Positions 38,430 to 47,056 of a DNA stretch of 64,000 bases are shown in pieces (position 1 is the first letter of the stretch; every line of letters starts with the position of its first letter). This stretch comes from Patescibacteria group bacterium. GTDB lineage: Bacteria > Patescibacteriota > Patescibacteriia > UBA9934. Under the pieces are notes generated by a model. The model ran no database searches and was not told where the DNA came from. It worked only from the letters and a program-made list of their open reading frames with translations. The stretch spans positions 10,446 to 74,445 of the forward strand of contig JBAZUI010000003.1 of the NCBI GenBank assembly GCA_041661425.1, in the 5' to 3' direction. Made by a program: the position numbers and the translations under genes.

Positions 38430-40082
38430 CTAGTAGTTGGACTTCGTGACCCGCACGGCCGGACATCCACCCGAAGGTGTGTGGCCGGGTCGGGGCACGC
38501 AGTCCTCGAGGAGGGGCGAGCCGTCGACGAGGATCGTGCGATCGCTCACCGTGGCGCCAGCCACCTCGATACGGTAGCGCACTCCATCGATTTTTCCGCA
38601 CCCCACCACCACGCCGGAGTCGTTCCGGTAGGCAATGTAGGTGTGGAAGATCTCCGGCGCCGGAGTTTCTGCCGCGCTGACCTCGGCCACGGTCGTGATG
38701 GCTGGCTCTGATTTCCACTCGGGGAGCTTGGGCCAGCCAACCTCGGGGATCGCGACATCCGGCATGCTCGGACGCCAGGTAGGCATGGCCGGCAGGCTGA
38801 TGGTCGGCGCCTTCGGCCAGGTGATGGCCGGAGCCTTGGGCAGATTCGGGATGGAGATGCGGGGCATCTCCACCTTGGGCCAAGTCCAGGGCTCATTGGG
38901 CGGCGGAGATTCTTCCTCCTCGAGTGCGGTGAGGAGCGCGGGGTCGGGCTTTGCCTCGACCATCACGAGCTTCTCCTGGGGCGCATCAACGAGGATCAAC
39001 CCGTCGAGCTGACCCACGAGCACGAGGACGAGAACGGTGAGTGTGACACCCACTATGAACTCGAACCCCATCGCGACCGCTCCCCACGTCGCGATGCGTT
39101 TGACGAGCGAAGGCTGTCTTGGCCTTGCTTCGCGTGGAGTTGCCGGTGGCGGAGCATAGCGACGCTCCTGTGCCGGGGTCGTACTCCAGGCGAGTAGTTC
39201 CTCGTCTTCCCAGACGTCCCCGTCGGACGCGTTCCTCTCAGGCGCAGGCCTCACGGTCACAACATCATTGGGGTCGATGTCGATCACGATCGGCCGTGGA
39301 ACCCGTGGGGCGTGCTGGGGAGCTGGCGTCCGTTGCTCGGCGAGGACCGGGAGCTGATCCTCCTCCCACTCGACCATCACAGGCCTTGGGCCTGGGGCGC
39401 GGTAGAATTGCCCGAGGTCCGGCATCATCTTCTTGGTCGATCCGATGACTGCTGGGAGCAGCCGCGCATCGCCCGTATCTTCGTCCAGTATGAAGATCGG
39501 GGCTTCTTCGTCGATTTCGATCACCGCCCCATCGGTCGGGTCGGCGTCGGGATCGATGAACTCGAGGTTGCTGAAGTCATCGAGAACAGTTTCCGCCCGG
39601 GACCAGGTACCCTTGGGAGCTGTCCAGATCCCCAGCTCATCCGCGAGAGCCTGGATGTGCCTCTCGAACTCCCTCGAGATCTTCAAGAGGGAGGTCGCGA
39701 TCACTGCGACAGCCTCGGGAATCGGGAAGTCGGAGAGAACATCAGTCTGTTCTTTTTTCATCTTCTCGATGTCGCCCATGGTCGGACGACGGGGAAGGCT
39801 CGCAATGAGCATCCTGTGGTGTGCGAGCATGGTTTCCACGCTCTGCACACCTTCGAGAACTTCGTCGGCACCCACTGCCTTCTTGCAGAATGCAGCGAGT
39901 TCGACTCGAAGGGGCTCGAAGAAGTCGCTGACATCCTTTGGCGGGATTTCCACCTCAATCAGCAGGGATGTCGCGAGCTCCTTGAACACGATGCCTACCG
40001 AGAAGAACGGTGCATCGTCTTTCTGAATGTTCTCGAGACAGGCAACAGCATAACGGACAGAAGCCTTGAAAGTGTCGAGCAT
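38430..40082 (-). CDS. Elevated-GC hypothetical membrane protein (N-terminal domain, central TM, Pro-rich stalk, small Cys domain)
   Basis: 550-aa ORF; SD GGAGG before ATG; own promoter and terminator; TM FEFIVGVTLTVLVLVLVG. Confidence 0.75.
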   Translation of the reverse strand: MLDTFKASVRYAVACLENIQKDDAPFFSVGIVFKELATSLLIEVEIPPKDVSDFFEPLRVELAAFCKKAVGADEVLEGVQSVETMLAHHRMLIASLPRRPTMGDIEKMKKEQTDVLSDFPIPEAVAVIATSLLKISREFERHIQALADELGIWTAPKGTWSRAETVLDDFSNLEFIDPDADPTDGAVIEIDEEAPIFILDEDTGDARLLPAVIGSTKKMMPDLGQFYRAPGPRPVMVEWEEDQLPVLAEQRTPAPQHAPRVPRPIVIDIDPNDVVTVRPAPERNASDGDVWEDEELLAWSTTPAQERRYAPPPATPREARPRQPSLVKRIATWGAVAMGFEFIVGVTLTVLVLVLVGQLDGLILVDAPQEKLVMVEAKPDPALLTALEEEESPPPNEPWTWPKVEMPRISIPNLPKAPAITWPKAPTISLPAMPTWRPSMPDVAIPEVGWPKLPEWKSEPAITTVAEVSAAETPAPEIFHTYIAYRNDSGVVVGCGKIDGVRYRIEVAGATVSDRTILVDGSPLLEDCVPRPGHTPSGGCPAVRVTKSNY

Positions 40083-40148
40083 TCTCCCCTCCCGGGGTTT
40101 GCGGTTTTTGTGGTTGGATAACAGAAAGTTTGAAAAGAACAGAGGGGA

Positions 40149-40177
40149 ACATTAACAAAAAAAATGCGTCTTGTCAA
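40149..40177 (-). promoter_or_regulatory. Sigma70-type promoter TTGACA-17-TAATGT with extended -10 TG
   Basis: Read directly on the minus strand upstream of ATG 40082. Confidence 0.7.
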
Positions 40178-40189
40178 CGCATGATCTTA

Positions 40190-40231
40190 AACGAAAATGC
40201 CCCCCGACCGAAGTTAGACTTCAATCGGGGA
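40190..40231 (-). terminator. Terminator of gene 40256-41782
   Basis: CCCCGATTGAAG-TCTAA-CTTCGGTCGGGG then GCATTTTCGTTT. Confidence 0.7.
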
Positions 40232-40255
40232 GCAGGGGCCTGACAGACGGGAGCG

Positions 40256-41782
40256 CTAGTTGATGCGCTCGACCGTTGGGCAGGCCCGGCTGGCGGGGGT
40301 CGTCTCGCCAGGATTGCCGGTGAGGCAATCCCAGGCCACGGGCTTGCCGCGGTAGCGGCAGGCACCGTCCTCGGCGGGCTTCACATTGAGCCCGTTGAGG
40401 AAGTACTGCCCGCCCGTGGTGGGGCGGACCACGACCGCGCCGTGTCCGGCGACCTGGCGGCCACACGGCACGAAAGCCGTGGGCACCGGCGGGGCCGCGG
40501 GCTGCTCGAGGGCGCTGAGGCGCGCCTCGAGGTCGGCCAGGGCCTCGTCCGTGTCGGACGAGGCGACTGGGACGGGGGTGACCACCACCGGGATCGTCTC
40601 GACGACGGCCGGGGTGCTCACCCACCACCAGCCGCCGATTCCGGTGGTCCCCACGAGGCCGGCGCACAGGGCGCAGGCCAGGAGGAGGGCGAGCAGGGCA
40701 ACGAGGCCCAGACACCCGCCCTTCCACCATCCCCACCAGCCGTTGCCCTTGGCGGGCGGGTCGGCGGGGGGATCGGCCACCGCCACCTTCTTGGTGGGCG
40801 GCTCGTCCGGCGGGCCACCGGCCATGGCCGCGAGGCCGATGACCGGGACCACGGGGATGAACGGTGGCGGGGCCACGGCGCGGGGCGCCGGGGCCGGGTC
40901 GGTGTCGGCCGCCGCCTTGTCCACGGCCGCGCTGAGCGCGGCGTCGTGGTTGGGGCCGGCGGGCGGGTCGGCCACGGTCGCCTTGGGGGCGATCTTGGCC
41001 GTGGCATCCCCGGGGTCGGGCACCACGGCCGCGAGGACCGTGGGGACCGGGCGCGGCGGGAGGCTCGGGCCCTTGGGGGGCTCGGGCTCGGCCGGGGCCG
41101 GGGTGGCGGCGGGCGGGTCGGTGGGCGAGGAGGCGATCACCTCCTCATCCTCATCCTCGTCCTCGTCGTCCGCGTCGGTGTCGGTCGGGTCGGGCTCGAC
41201 CGGGGCAGCCTCGGTAGCCGCCTTGGCCGCCTCGACGGCCTGCTCGGCCCGGTGGGCCGCGGCGCGGGCCGCCTCGGCCGTGGCCTCGGCGGTATCGGCC
41301 TCGGCCTTGCGGCCGTCGGCGATCGCCTCGGCCGAGCCGGCCTTGTCGGCGGCCTCGTCCGCCTTTCGGCCGAGGTCGTCGTCGTCGGGGCTGGCCTCGG
41401 CCACGGCGTCGGCCTTCTTGGCGATCTTCCGGAGCCGTTCGGCCTCGATCACGGCGGCCTCGGCCAGCGACTTTTTGCCGCCGGCGATGGCCGCAAGCAC
41501 CATGAGCTCGTCGGCCTTGAGCCGCTCCCAGAAGGCCACGACCTCGGGGTCGATTGACGACTCGTCGGTTTTGGCGAAGGCGTCGAGCGCCTCGGTCGCG
41601 GCGACGATCTGCTCGCGCAGCTCGCCGAGCTCGAGGTTGAGCTCTTCGGCCTCATCGGTCTTGGCCTCGGCCTCGAGCTTGGCCTTGGTGGCCAGGAACT
41701 CGGCGACCGACTCCGCCATGAGCTGGCGGAGGGCCGCGAGGGTCGCGGCGGAGGCGGGGGTGACGGCGGGGGTCTGGGTCAT
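40256..41782 (-). CDS. Very high-GC hypothetical membrane protein (Ala/Glu coiled coil, acidic/Pro linker, TM, Cys domain)
   Basis: 508-aa ORF with G/C at nearly all third positions; SD AAGGAG; TM GGCLGLVALLALLLACALCAGLVG. Confidence 0.8.
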   Translation of the reverse strand: MTQTPAVTPASAATLAALRQLMAESVAEFLATKAKLEAEAKTDEAEELNLELGELREQIVAATEALDAFAKTDESSIDPEVVAFWERLKADELMVLAAIAGGKKSLAEAAVIEAERLRKIAKKADAVAEASPDDDDLGRKADEAADKAGSAEAIADGRKAEADTAEATAEAARAAAHRAEQAVEAAKAATEAAPVEPDPTDTDADDEDEDEDEEVIASSPTDPPAATPAPAEPEPPKGPSLPPRPVPTVLAAVVPDPGDATAKIAPKATVADPPAGPNHDAALSAAVDKAAADTDPAPAPRAVAPPPFIPVVPVIGLAAMAGGPPDEPPTKKVAVADPPADPPAKGNGWWGWWKGGCLGLVALLALLLACALCAGLVGTTGIGGWWWVSTPAVVETIPVVVTPVPVASSDTDEALADLEARLSALEQPAAPPVPTAFVPCGRQVAGHGAVVVRPTTGGQYFLNGLNVKPAEDGACRYRGKPVAWDCLTGNPGETTPASRACPTVERIN

Positions 41783-41953
41783 CGGAAACTCCTTGCCCTC
41801 TTGGAGGGCAATGGGGGTGGTGGATATTTGCCAGGGGGTCAGCTTCTCGGTCGACCCCTGGCGGGTTCTTCAGATGTAAATGAAGGAGATCGCCCCTTTT
41901 TGAGGTTTTAAGGCCTCTTAAAGGGACGATTCCAGGCTTGAACTGGACCGGGT

Positions 41954-41982
41954 ATTATAGCAGAAAAACAGCGATTTGTCAA
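41954..41982 (-). promoter_or_regulatory. Consensus sigma70 promoter TTGACA-17-TATAAT with extended -10 TG
   Basis: Perfect consensus on the minus strand, ~170 nt upstream of ATG 41782. Confidence 0.85.
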
Positions 41983-42023
41983 TGATTCAAATGAAAAAAT
42001 CGCCTTATCTTGGCGAAATTCAT

Positions 42024-42058
42024 GGGCAGGTCACAGACCTGCCCGTACGCAAATCAAT
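42024..42058. repeat. REP-like GGGCAGGTCACAGACCTGCCCGTACG-AAATCAAT
   Basis: Related copies at 37245-37265, 49048-49072, 52292-52355 and 54260-54283. Confidence 0.75.
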
Positions 42059-42104
42059 CAAAACAAAAAGGGCGGCCACCTGGGGCCGCCCCTACCGATA
42101 TCAA

Positions 42105-42452
42105 TTATTTCTGTACCTCGGCAATAATCTTCTTAAAAATCTCTGGGTATTTTTCTGCCATGGTTGCGAGGATCTTACGATCCAATCGGCTTCCTGCCAA
42201 TTTCAATCCATTGATCAACTTGGAATAGGTGGTGCCATTGGCGCGTGCGCCGGCATTGATCTTTACCGTCCAAAGTGAACGGAAATCACGCTTACGGGCT
42301 CGGCGATCGCGGAAGGCATAACGCCCGGCCTTAAGCATGGCCGTGCGGGCCAAGCGGATTTTGCTCTCACGTCCCCATCCATAGCCTTTAACGGCCTTCA
42401 TGAGATTGGCGCGACGTTTTGTATGTTGGACTCCTCGTTTAACGCGTGGCAT
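42105..42452 (-). CDS. rplT: 50S ribosomal protein L20
   Basis: MPRVKRG...AYAFRDRR-like, RKRDFRSLW, LDRKIL. Confidence 0.97.
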   Translation of the reverse strand: MPRVKRGVQHTKRRANLMKAVKGYGWGRESKIRLARTAMLKAGRYAFRDRRARKRDFRSLWTVKINAGARANGTTYSKLINGLKLAGSRLDRKILATMAEKYPEIFKKIIAEVQK

Positions 42453-42455
42453 AAC

Positions 42456-42656
42456 TTATTCGTGATTCGATAAAAGCGAAAGAATCGTTTTTTTCAACGT
42501 ATTCGGCATGGTGATATCGCGTCGCTTATTGCGGCGGGTATTGCCTGTTTCGCGGGAATTAAAATGATCCTGTCCGCATTTACGCTTGAGGATTTTTCCG
42601 TTTTTGGTGATTTTCACTCGCTTAGCAAGTGCTTTGTAAGTCTTGAGCGCTGGCAT
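42456..42656 (-). CDS. rpmI: 50S ribosomal protein L35
   Basis: MPALKTYKALAKRVKITKNGK; infC-rpmI-rplT synteny. Confidence 0.95.
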   Translation of the reverse strand: MPALKTYKALAKRVKITKNGKILKRKCGQDHFNSRETGNTRRNKRRDITMPNTLKKTILSLLSNHE

Positions 42657-42704
42657 AATGTGGCAGTATAGTAGGAGAAACTTTAATTTTCGTCAAGTTT
42701 TTTG

Positions 42705-42827
42705 GATCAAGGATAAACTCGATGAGATGTTGGCGCGTGGGGAAGCAAGCCTCCGAGACGTACACATTGTACGAAGAGGAGGTTGCGGGGCCCCACAAAC
42801 CAACAGATCGCGAGTTTATCATTGATC
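42705..42827 (-). repeat. ~120-nt structured palindromic element (CGTAC/GTACG apex), family A copy 1
   Basis: Homologous to 53356-53478 and 62457-62581; abuts the infC stop codon. Confidence 0.85.
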
Positions 42828-43379
42828 TTATGAATTTTTAGCAACGATCATATTCATACGCCCTTCCATCTTCGAAATCGGCGATTCAATGCGAACGTCC
42901 ATTTCTTCACGGATGGAATCAAGGAAGGTGTGCATAATATCCTCGGCACGTTCGGCATAGGCCTTTTCACGGCCTCGTAAAATTAACTCAATACGAATTT
43001 TATCACCTTGCTCCAAGAATTTGACTGCTTGATTTTTGCGAATTTCCAAATCACCCTGACCAATGCGTAGCGAAAGCCGAATCCCTTTCACATCAACTTC
43101 CTTACTCTGGGCGCGCTGTTTGCGCATTTCTTTTTCCTTTTGATATTTAAACGCGCCATAATCCATCAATCGGCAAACTGGTGGCACGGCTTTTGGCGAG
43201 ACTTCAATCAAATCAAGTCCAGCTTCCTCGGCGCGAGCCAAAGCCGCAGGGACGGTAAGAACTTCATTTGCTCCGGCATCATCAATTAATCGTATTTCCG
43301 GTGCAATAATTTTTTCATTCACCCGATACTGGGGAATGTTGAACTTTGGTTTAAAATGGCGGTGTCTGTGAATGCGCAT
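42828..43379 (-). CDS. infC: Translation initiation factor IF-3
   Basis: NE.I...IRLI, GLDLIEVSP...PPVCRLMDYG, F L..GDKI...LRGRE. Confidence 0.97.
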   Translation of the reverse strand: MRIHRHRHFKPKFNIPQYRVNEKIIAPEIRLIDDAGANEVLTVPAALARAEEAGLDLIEVSPKAVPPVCRLMDYGAFKYQKEKEMRKQRAQSKEVDVKGIRLSLRIGQGDLEIRKNQAVKFLEQGDKIRIELILRGREKAYAERAEDIMHTFLDSIREEMDVRIESPISKMEGRMNMIVAKNS

Positions 43380-43418
43380 GGGTGATGGATATTTGTTTCA
43401 AAATTTGTGGCAAATTTT

Positions 43419-43646
43419 CGTCATTCTGAGGCCAACCTGTCCTTCGAAGCCCAAAGGGCGAAGGAGGAAGGCCGAATGAATCTCTTGAGCGATTATTAAG
43501 AGATCCTTCGCTTTGCTCAGGATGACGGCGGGGGACTGAGTCCTCCTACGCTCCTCGGCATCGCTTCGGAGCTTCGGAGGACAACCTTCGCTTCAGCTGG
43601 CAGGGTGGCCTGCCAACCGTAGCTTCAGCGAAGCTGAAGCGAAGGT
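43419..43646. repeat. Composite palindromic repeats 3' of tmRNA
   Basis: CGTCATTCTGAG...CTCAGGATGACG element with a nested CCTGTCCTTCGAAG..CGAAGGAGGA insert; AACCTTCGCTTCAGCT...AGCTGAAGCGAAGGTT abutting the tmRNA CCA. Confidence 0.65.
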
Positions 43647-44039
43647 TGGTGGACCTGGGGAGAATTGAACTCCCGTCTGGTCAGTAAATCCTTCACAATT
43701 GTTTTACAAGTTTTGCTCTACTTAATTTGCGTCCAGGGGATCGAAGCAGAGCGAAAATCCCAAGGAACGTTCTGATGGGCCATAGAATGCTTTTCGTCCA
43801 TCAGGAAGCGAAGGCATCCACCTTTGGTTATGACACTCGATCTGATTCTTAAGGTTCAAATCAGGGAGCGGGCGGTCACCTAATTAGGCGACGGCCATGG
43901 CAAGGGAAGGCATGCGGAACATGTCTTTCACCTTTGTGACAACATTGGCATGTGTCGATTGCGCATAGCTATGACGGGAGATGCGCCTCCCGACTTGATT
44001 GGGAAGGGTTAAACTCTGCCATCGATTCCTGGCAGGCCC
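43647..44039 (-). ncRNA. ssrA: tmRNA
   Basis: 5' GGGCCTG pairs with 3' CAGGTCC-ACCA (G3-U70); GGGAGTTCAATTCTCCC T-arm; tag ORF ANVVTKVKDMFRMPSLAMAVA* at 43949-43884; adjacent to smpB. Confidence 0.93.
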
Positions 44040-44042
44040 ACG

Positions 44043-44167
44043 TTAGGACTTCCGCCTTTAGCGCATAGCTTTGTCAAAAACCTCCGCACTTCGTCACCGT
44101 ACGCATTGGTACGGCTCCTCGTTGCTCGGTTTTTTCCTCGCTCTGCATCTAAAGGCGAAAGTCCTAA
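44043..44167. repeat. Structured palindromic element, family B copy 1
   Basis: TTAGGACTT...CGTAC-GTACG...AAGTCCTAA; homologous to 46922-47043. Confidence 0.7.
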
Positions 44168-44178
44168 AAGTTCTCATT

Positions 44179-44634
44179 TTATTTAAAGCGCGTTTTTTTG
44201 AGCTCCTCGCGCATCTGCTTTTCAATTGAGCGTTTCTTGAGGCTTTCGCGTTTTTCGTACTTCTTTTTTCCACGTCCAACGCCAAACTCAAGTTTCACTA
44301 AATCGCCCTTAGTATAGACAGAAATTGGGAGAATCGTCAACCCATCAGCCTGTTTTTTTCCAATGAGGGTATTGATTTCATTGCGGTGCACCAGCACCTT
44401 GCGATCGTGCGTGGGATCATAATCTTTTTGCTCACCCGCTGGCGCGTATTTTCCAATGTGCATGTTCTTGAGAAAGAGCTGATTATTTTGGATCGTTAAA
44501 AATGCTCCTTTCAGATTGATGCTCCCGCGTTTTGCCGCTTTTACTTCCGCACCACTCAAAACCAGTCCGCCCTCGTATTTTGAGAGGATGTCATAATCGA
44601 ATCTGGCACGTTTGTTGACAGCGAGTGTTGGCAC
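44179..44634 (-). CDS. smpB: SsrA-binding protein SmpB
   Basis: NKRARFDY, GLVLSGAEVK, GRGKKKYEKRE; probable GTG at 44634. Confidence 0.97.
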   Translation of the reverse strand: MPTLAVNKRARFDYDILSKYEGGLVLSGAEVKAAKRGSINLKGAFLTIQNNQLFLKNMHIGKYAPAGEQKDYDPTHDRKVLVHRNEINTLIGKKQADGLTILPISVYTKGDLVKLEFGVGRGKKKYEKRESLKKRSIEKQMREELKKTRFK

Positions 44635-44663
44635 AAGAATTTTATGATACAATAACATAAACT

Positions 44664-45746
44664 ATGACCGTTAAAAAGGAGGACGCGTCCGTGAAGCGCG
44701 CAATAAGCGTTTCCATTACCCCGGGAACGATTCTGACGATTTTTGCGATTGGGTGTTTGGCAGCGCTTGTCTTTTATTTGCGGAATTTGATTCCGGTTTT
44801 TTTGGCAGCGCTTTATATTGCCGCGCTTGTGAACCCGTATGCAAATTGGGGCGCGCGTCTTCATTTACCAAAAGGAGTTTCGGTTGGGATTCTCTACATT
44901 GTGGGACTGCTTTTTATTTGCGGAGTCCTGATTCTTATTCTTCCAACGCTTGTGGGGCAGGTTCAAGAAGCATTTACAAATTACCCCGGGATCATTACGG
45001 GTTTCTTTGGGAATGATCCATTGGTACGCGCCATGATCAATGGCACATGGTTCGATCTCAATCTTGAACAAATGATTATCTCCGTCCAACATTCCGGCGT
45101 GCAAGAAAGCCTGCCACAGATTGTGACCGCGATCACCAATGCATTTTCGGGAATTGTGACGGGGTTGCTTGTTTTGATTCTTGCGTTTTATCTTGTGGTC
45201 GATGGATCGTCCATTCGCGGAAGTCTCCATCTTATTATGCCGTCGTCTGCAAAACGTTTTGTGCTCGAAGTGCTTCCGATTGTCAAAACGAAAATCAGTT
45301 TGTGGTTGCGCGGTCAGCTGATCATCATGATCACGATGTTTACGATTACCTATATTTCTCTTTCGATTCTTGGGGTGCCGTATGCCTTACTCCTCGCTCT
45401 TCTCACCGGGCTTTTGGAAATCATTCCATTTCTTGGACCGATTATTGCGGCGGTTCCATCCATTATTCTCGCTTTTACGGTCTCGCCTGTCATGGCAGTG
45501 CTCGTGGCTATTCTCTATTTTGTGATGGAACAACTTGAAGGTGATTTACTCACACCAAAGATCATGCAACAGACGATCGGCTTGCATCCGATTGTCACGA
45601 TTGGCTCTTTGCTTGTAGGGTATGAAATAGGGGGTGTTGTGGGAGCGCTCTTGGCCGTGCCAACCGCAATGGTCGTGAGTGTTTCCTTGCACGAGTGGCA
45701 TCACTTAACATCAAAAAAGAAAACGTATGCACGAACAACATCTTAG
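44664..45746 (+). CDS. AI-2E family transporter
   Basis: WLRGQL, EIIPFLGP, EQLEG..LTPKIM, GLHP motifs. Confidence 0.92.
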   Translation: MTVKKEDASVKRAISVSITPGTILTIFAIGCLAALVFYLRNLIPVFLAALYIAALVNPYANWGARLHLPKGVSVGILYIVGLLFICGVLILILPTLVGQVQEAFTNYPGIITGFFGNDPLVRAMINGTWFDLNLEQMIISVQHSGVQESLPQIVTAITNAFSGIVTGLLVLILAFYLVVDGSSIRGSLHLIMPSSAKRFVLEVLPIVKTKISLWLRGQLIIMITMFTITYISLSILGVPYALLLALLTGLLEIIPFLGPIIAAVPSIILAFTVSPVMAVLVAILYFVMEQLEGDLLTPKIMQQTIGLHPIVTIGSLLVGYEIGGVVGALLAVPTAMVVSVSLHEWHHLTSKKKTYARTTS

Positions 45747-46113
45747 AGTCTGGCTGCCGTTTTTGGGCATTGGATTGATTCTGGGCGCCACGGTTATTGT
45801 CGCCAGTTGGATGATGCTTGCGGAAGGCGGAAAAGCACAAGATTCGCCGATCGCGCAAGTGGAAACTAGCGAAGCGCCATCGCCCGAAGTTTACGAGAAG
45901 CAAATACATGACATGATCGGCATGGTTGATGTTTGGAGTGCGAATGAGATGTATGGAATTTTATTGAGTATGCGCGTGCCGTCAGATTATCGCGAGTTCC
46001 ACTTCGCGCTCGTGCAAGCGCTTGAAGATTTACGCGACGGGAAAGTCGAAGAAGGGAAGTCGGCGATCGAAGCGTTAAAAGTCGTCTATCCTTGGCTTGC
46101 GAATCTTCCGTAA
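45727..46113 (+). CDS. Hypothetical protein with N-terminal TM
   Basis: 128-aa ORF coupled to both neighbours. Confidence 0.65.
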   Translation: MHEQHLRVWLPFLGIGLILGATVIVASWMMLAEGGKAQDSPIAQVETSEAPSPEVYEKQIHDMIGMVDVWSANEMYGILLSMRVPSDYREFHFALVQALEDLRDGKVEEGKSAIEALKVVYPWLANLP

Positions 46114-46916
46114 TGTCACTTCCCATGATTTTACTTCACCGTATCACGTCATTCTTCGTTTCGGCTCTGGCGGCCGGGGGATATTATTTTTTGATTTTTC
46201 ATCCGTTCGTCGAGGGATCCTCTATCGATCGCGTGACCGCATTGATCGCCATGGGAAGTGTCGCACTTCTTTCAGCTTTGCTCCTTTCGCGATTGCTCAA
46301 ATGGGAAGTCACCTCATTTTCTTTTTGGATTTTTTTGAGCGTTCCCATGTTTGTGATCATTTCGTCATTTTGCCTTTATCTTTTTCTTGAGATTCTTGCA
46401 CTGAAGATTATTCTTGCGCTCATGGTGAGTCTAGCGCTCTGGCTGTATACGGAAAATCTTTTTGCGTTTTATCATCTGCCCGCCGCCTATCAAGCCTATG
46501 CCTTGGAATATCTTTCCGTGATTCTTTATTTGCTTTCTTGTTTTTTCTTTGCGAGCAGTGCGTATGGCGCGCAAATGTTTTTGCAATATCCCATTTGGAT
46601 GCTCTCCATTGCGATGTTCTGGGTGGTTATTCTTGCGACGGCGGGAGTCTTTTGGGTGAGCAAAGTCGATTCCGAAACGAGTATGCTCTATGCCATTGTT
46701 GGTGCCATTATGCTCACGGAAGGGTATGTCGTCATCGGGTTGCTTCCAACAAGTTTTCTTACGAACGGAGCGGCGTTTACGGTGCTTCTGTATTTATTCT
46801 TCGGACTTTCGCGTGCGCATGTGCTCGAAAAGCTCACGCGTCCGGTGGCCTCACGCTATCTTGGGATCGCCGGAGCGTTTATGGTATTGGTTTTTTTAAC
46901 CGCAAGATGGTTTTAA
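46113..46916 (+). CDS. Multi-pass membrane protein
   Basis: About 9 hydrophobic segments; ATG overlaps the upstream TAA. Confidence 0.75.
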   Translation: MSLPMILLHRITSFFVSALAAGGYYFLIFHPFVEGSSIDRVTALIAMGSVALLSALLLSRLLKWEVTSFSFWIFLSVPMFVIISSFCLYLFLEILALKIILALMVSLALWLYTENLFAFYHLPAAYQAYALEYLSVILYLLSCFFFASSAYGAQMFLQYPIWMLSIAMFWVVILATAGVFWVSKVDSETSMLYAIVGAIMLTEGYVVIGLLPTSFLTNGAAFTVLLYLFFGLSRAHVLEKLTRPVASRYLGIAGAFMVLVFLTARWF

Positions 46917-46921
46917 TATGC

Positions 46922-47043
46922 AGGACTTTTGTCTTTGGCGCATAACTTTGTCGAAACCTTCGTTTTTCGTTCAACGGACATCTGGGTCCGTCTCACGAAA
47001 AGCCTTTGTTTCTCCTCGTTCTGCATCCAAATCTAAAAGTTCT
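46922..47043. repeat. Structured palindromic element, family B copy 2
   Basis: AGGACTTTT..GCGCATAACTTTGTC..CCTCGTTCTGCATC..AAAAGTTCT, similar to 44043-44167. Confidence 0.65.
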
Positions 47044-47056
47044 TTTTCACATAAGT

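Noticed and set aside
40386-41879. Long + strand ORFs (497 aa, 371 aa) over the high-GC gene
   Set aside because: Shadow ORFs of high GC3; promoter, SD and terminator all support the minus strand.
38087-42100. tRNA-Asp-targeted genomic island or prophage
   Set aside because: No integrase or phage gene, and no duplicated tRNA 3' end at the far border.
42705-42827. L20 autoregulatory leader between infC and rpmI
   Set aside because: The same element occurs after rpsB and metK, so it is a dispersed repeat.
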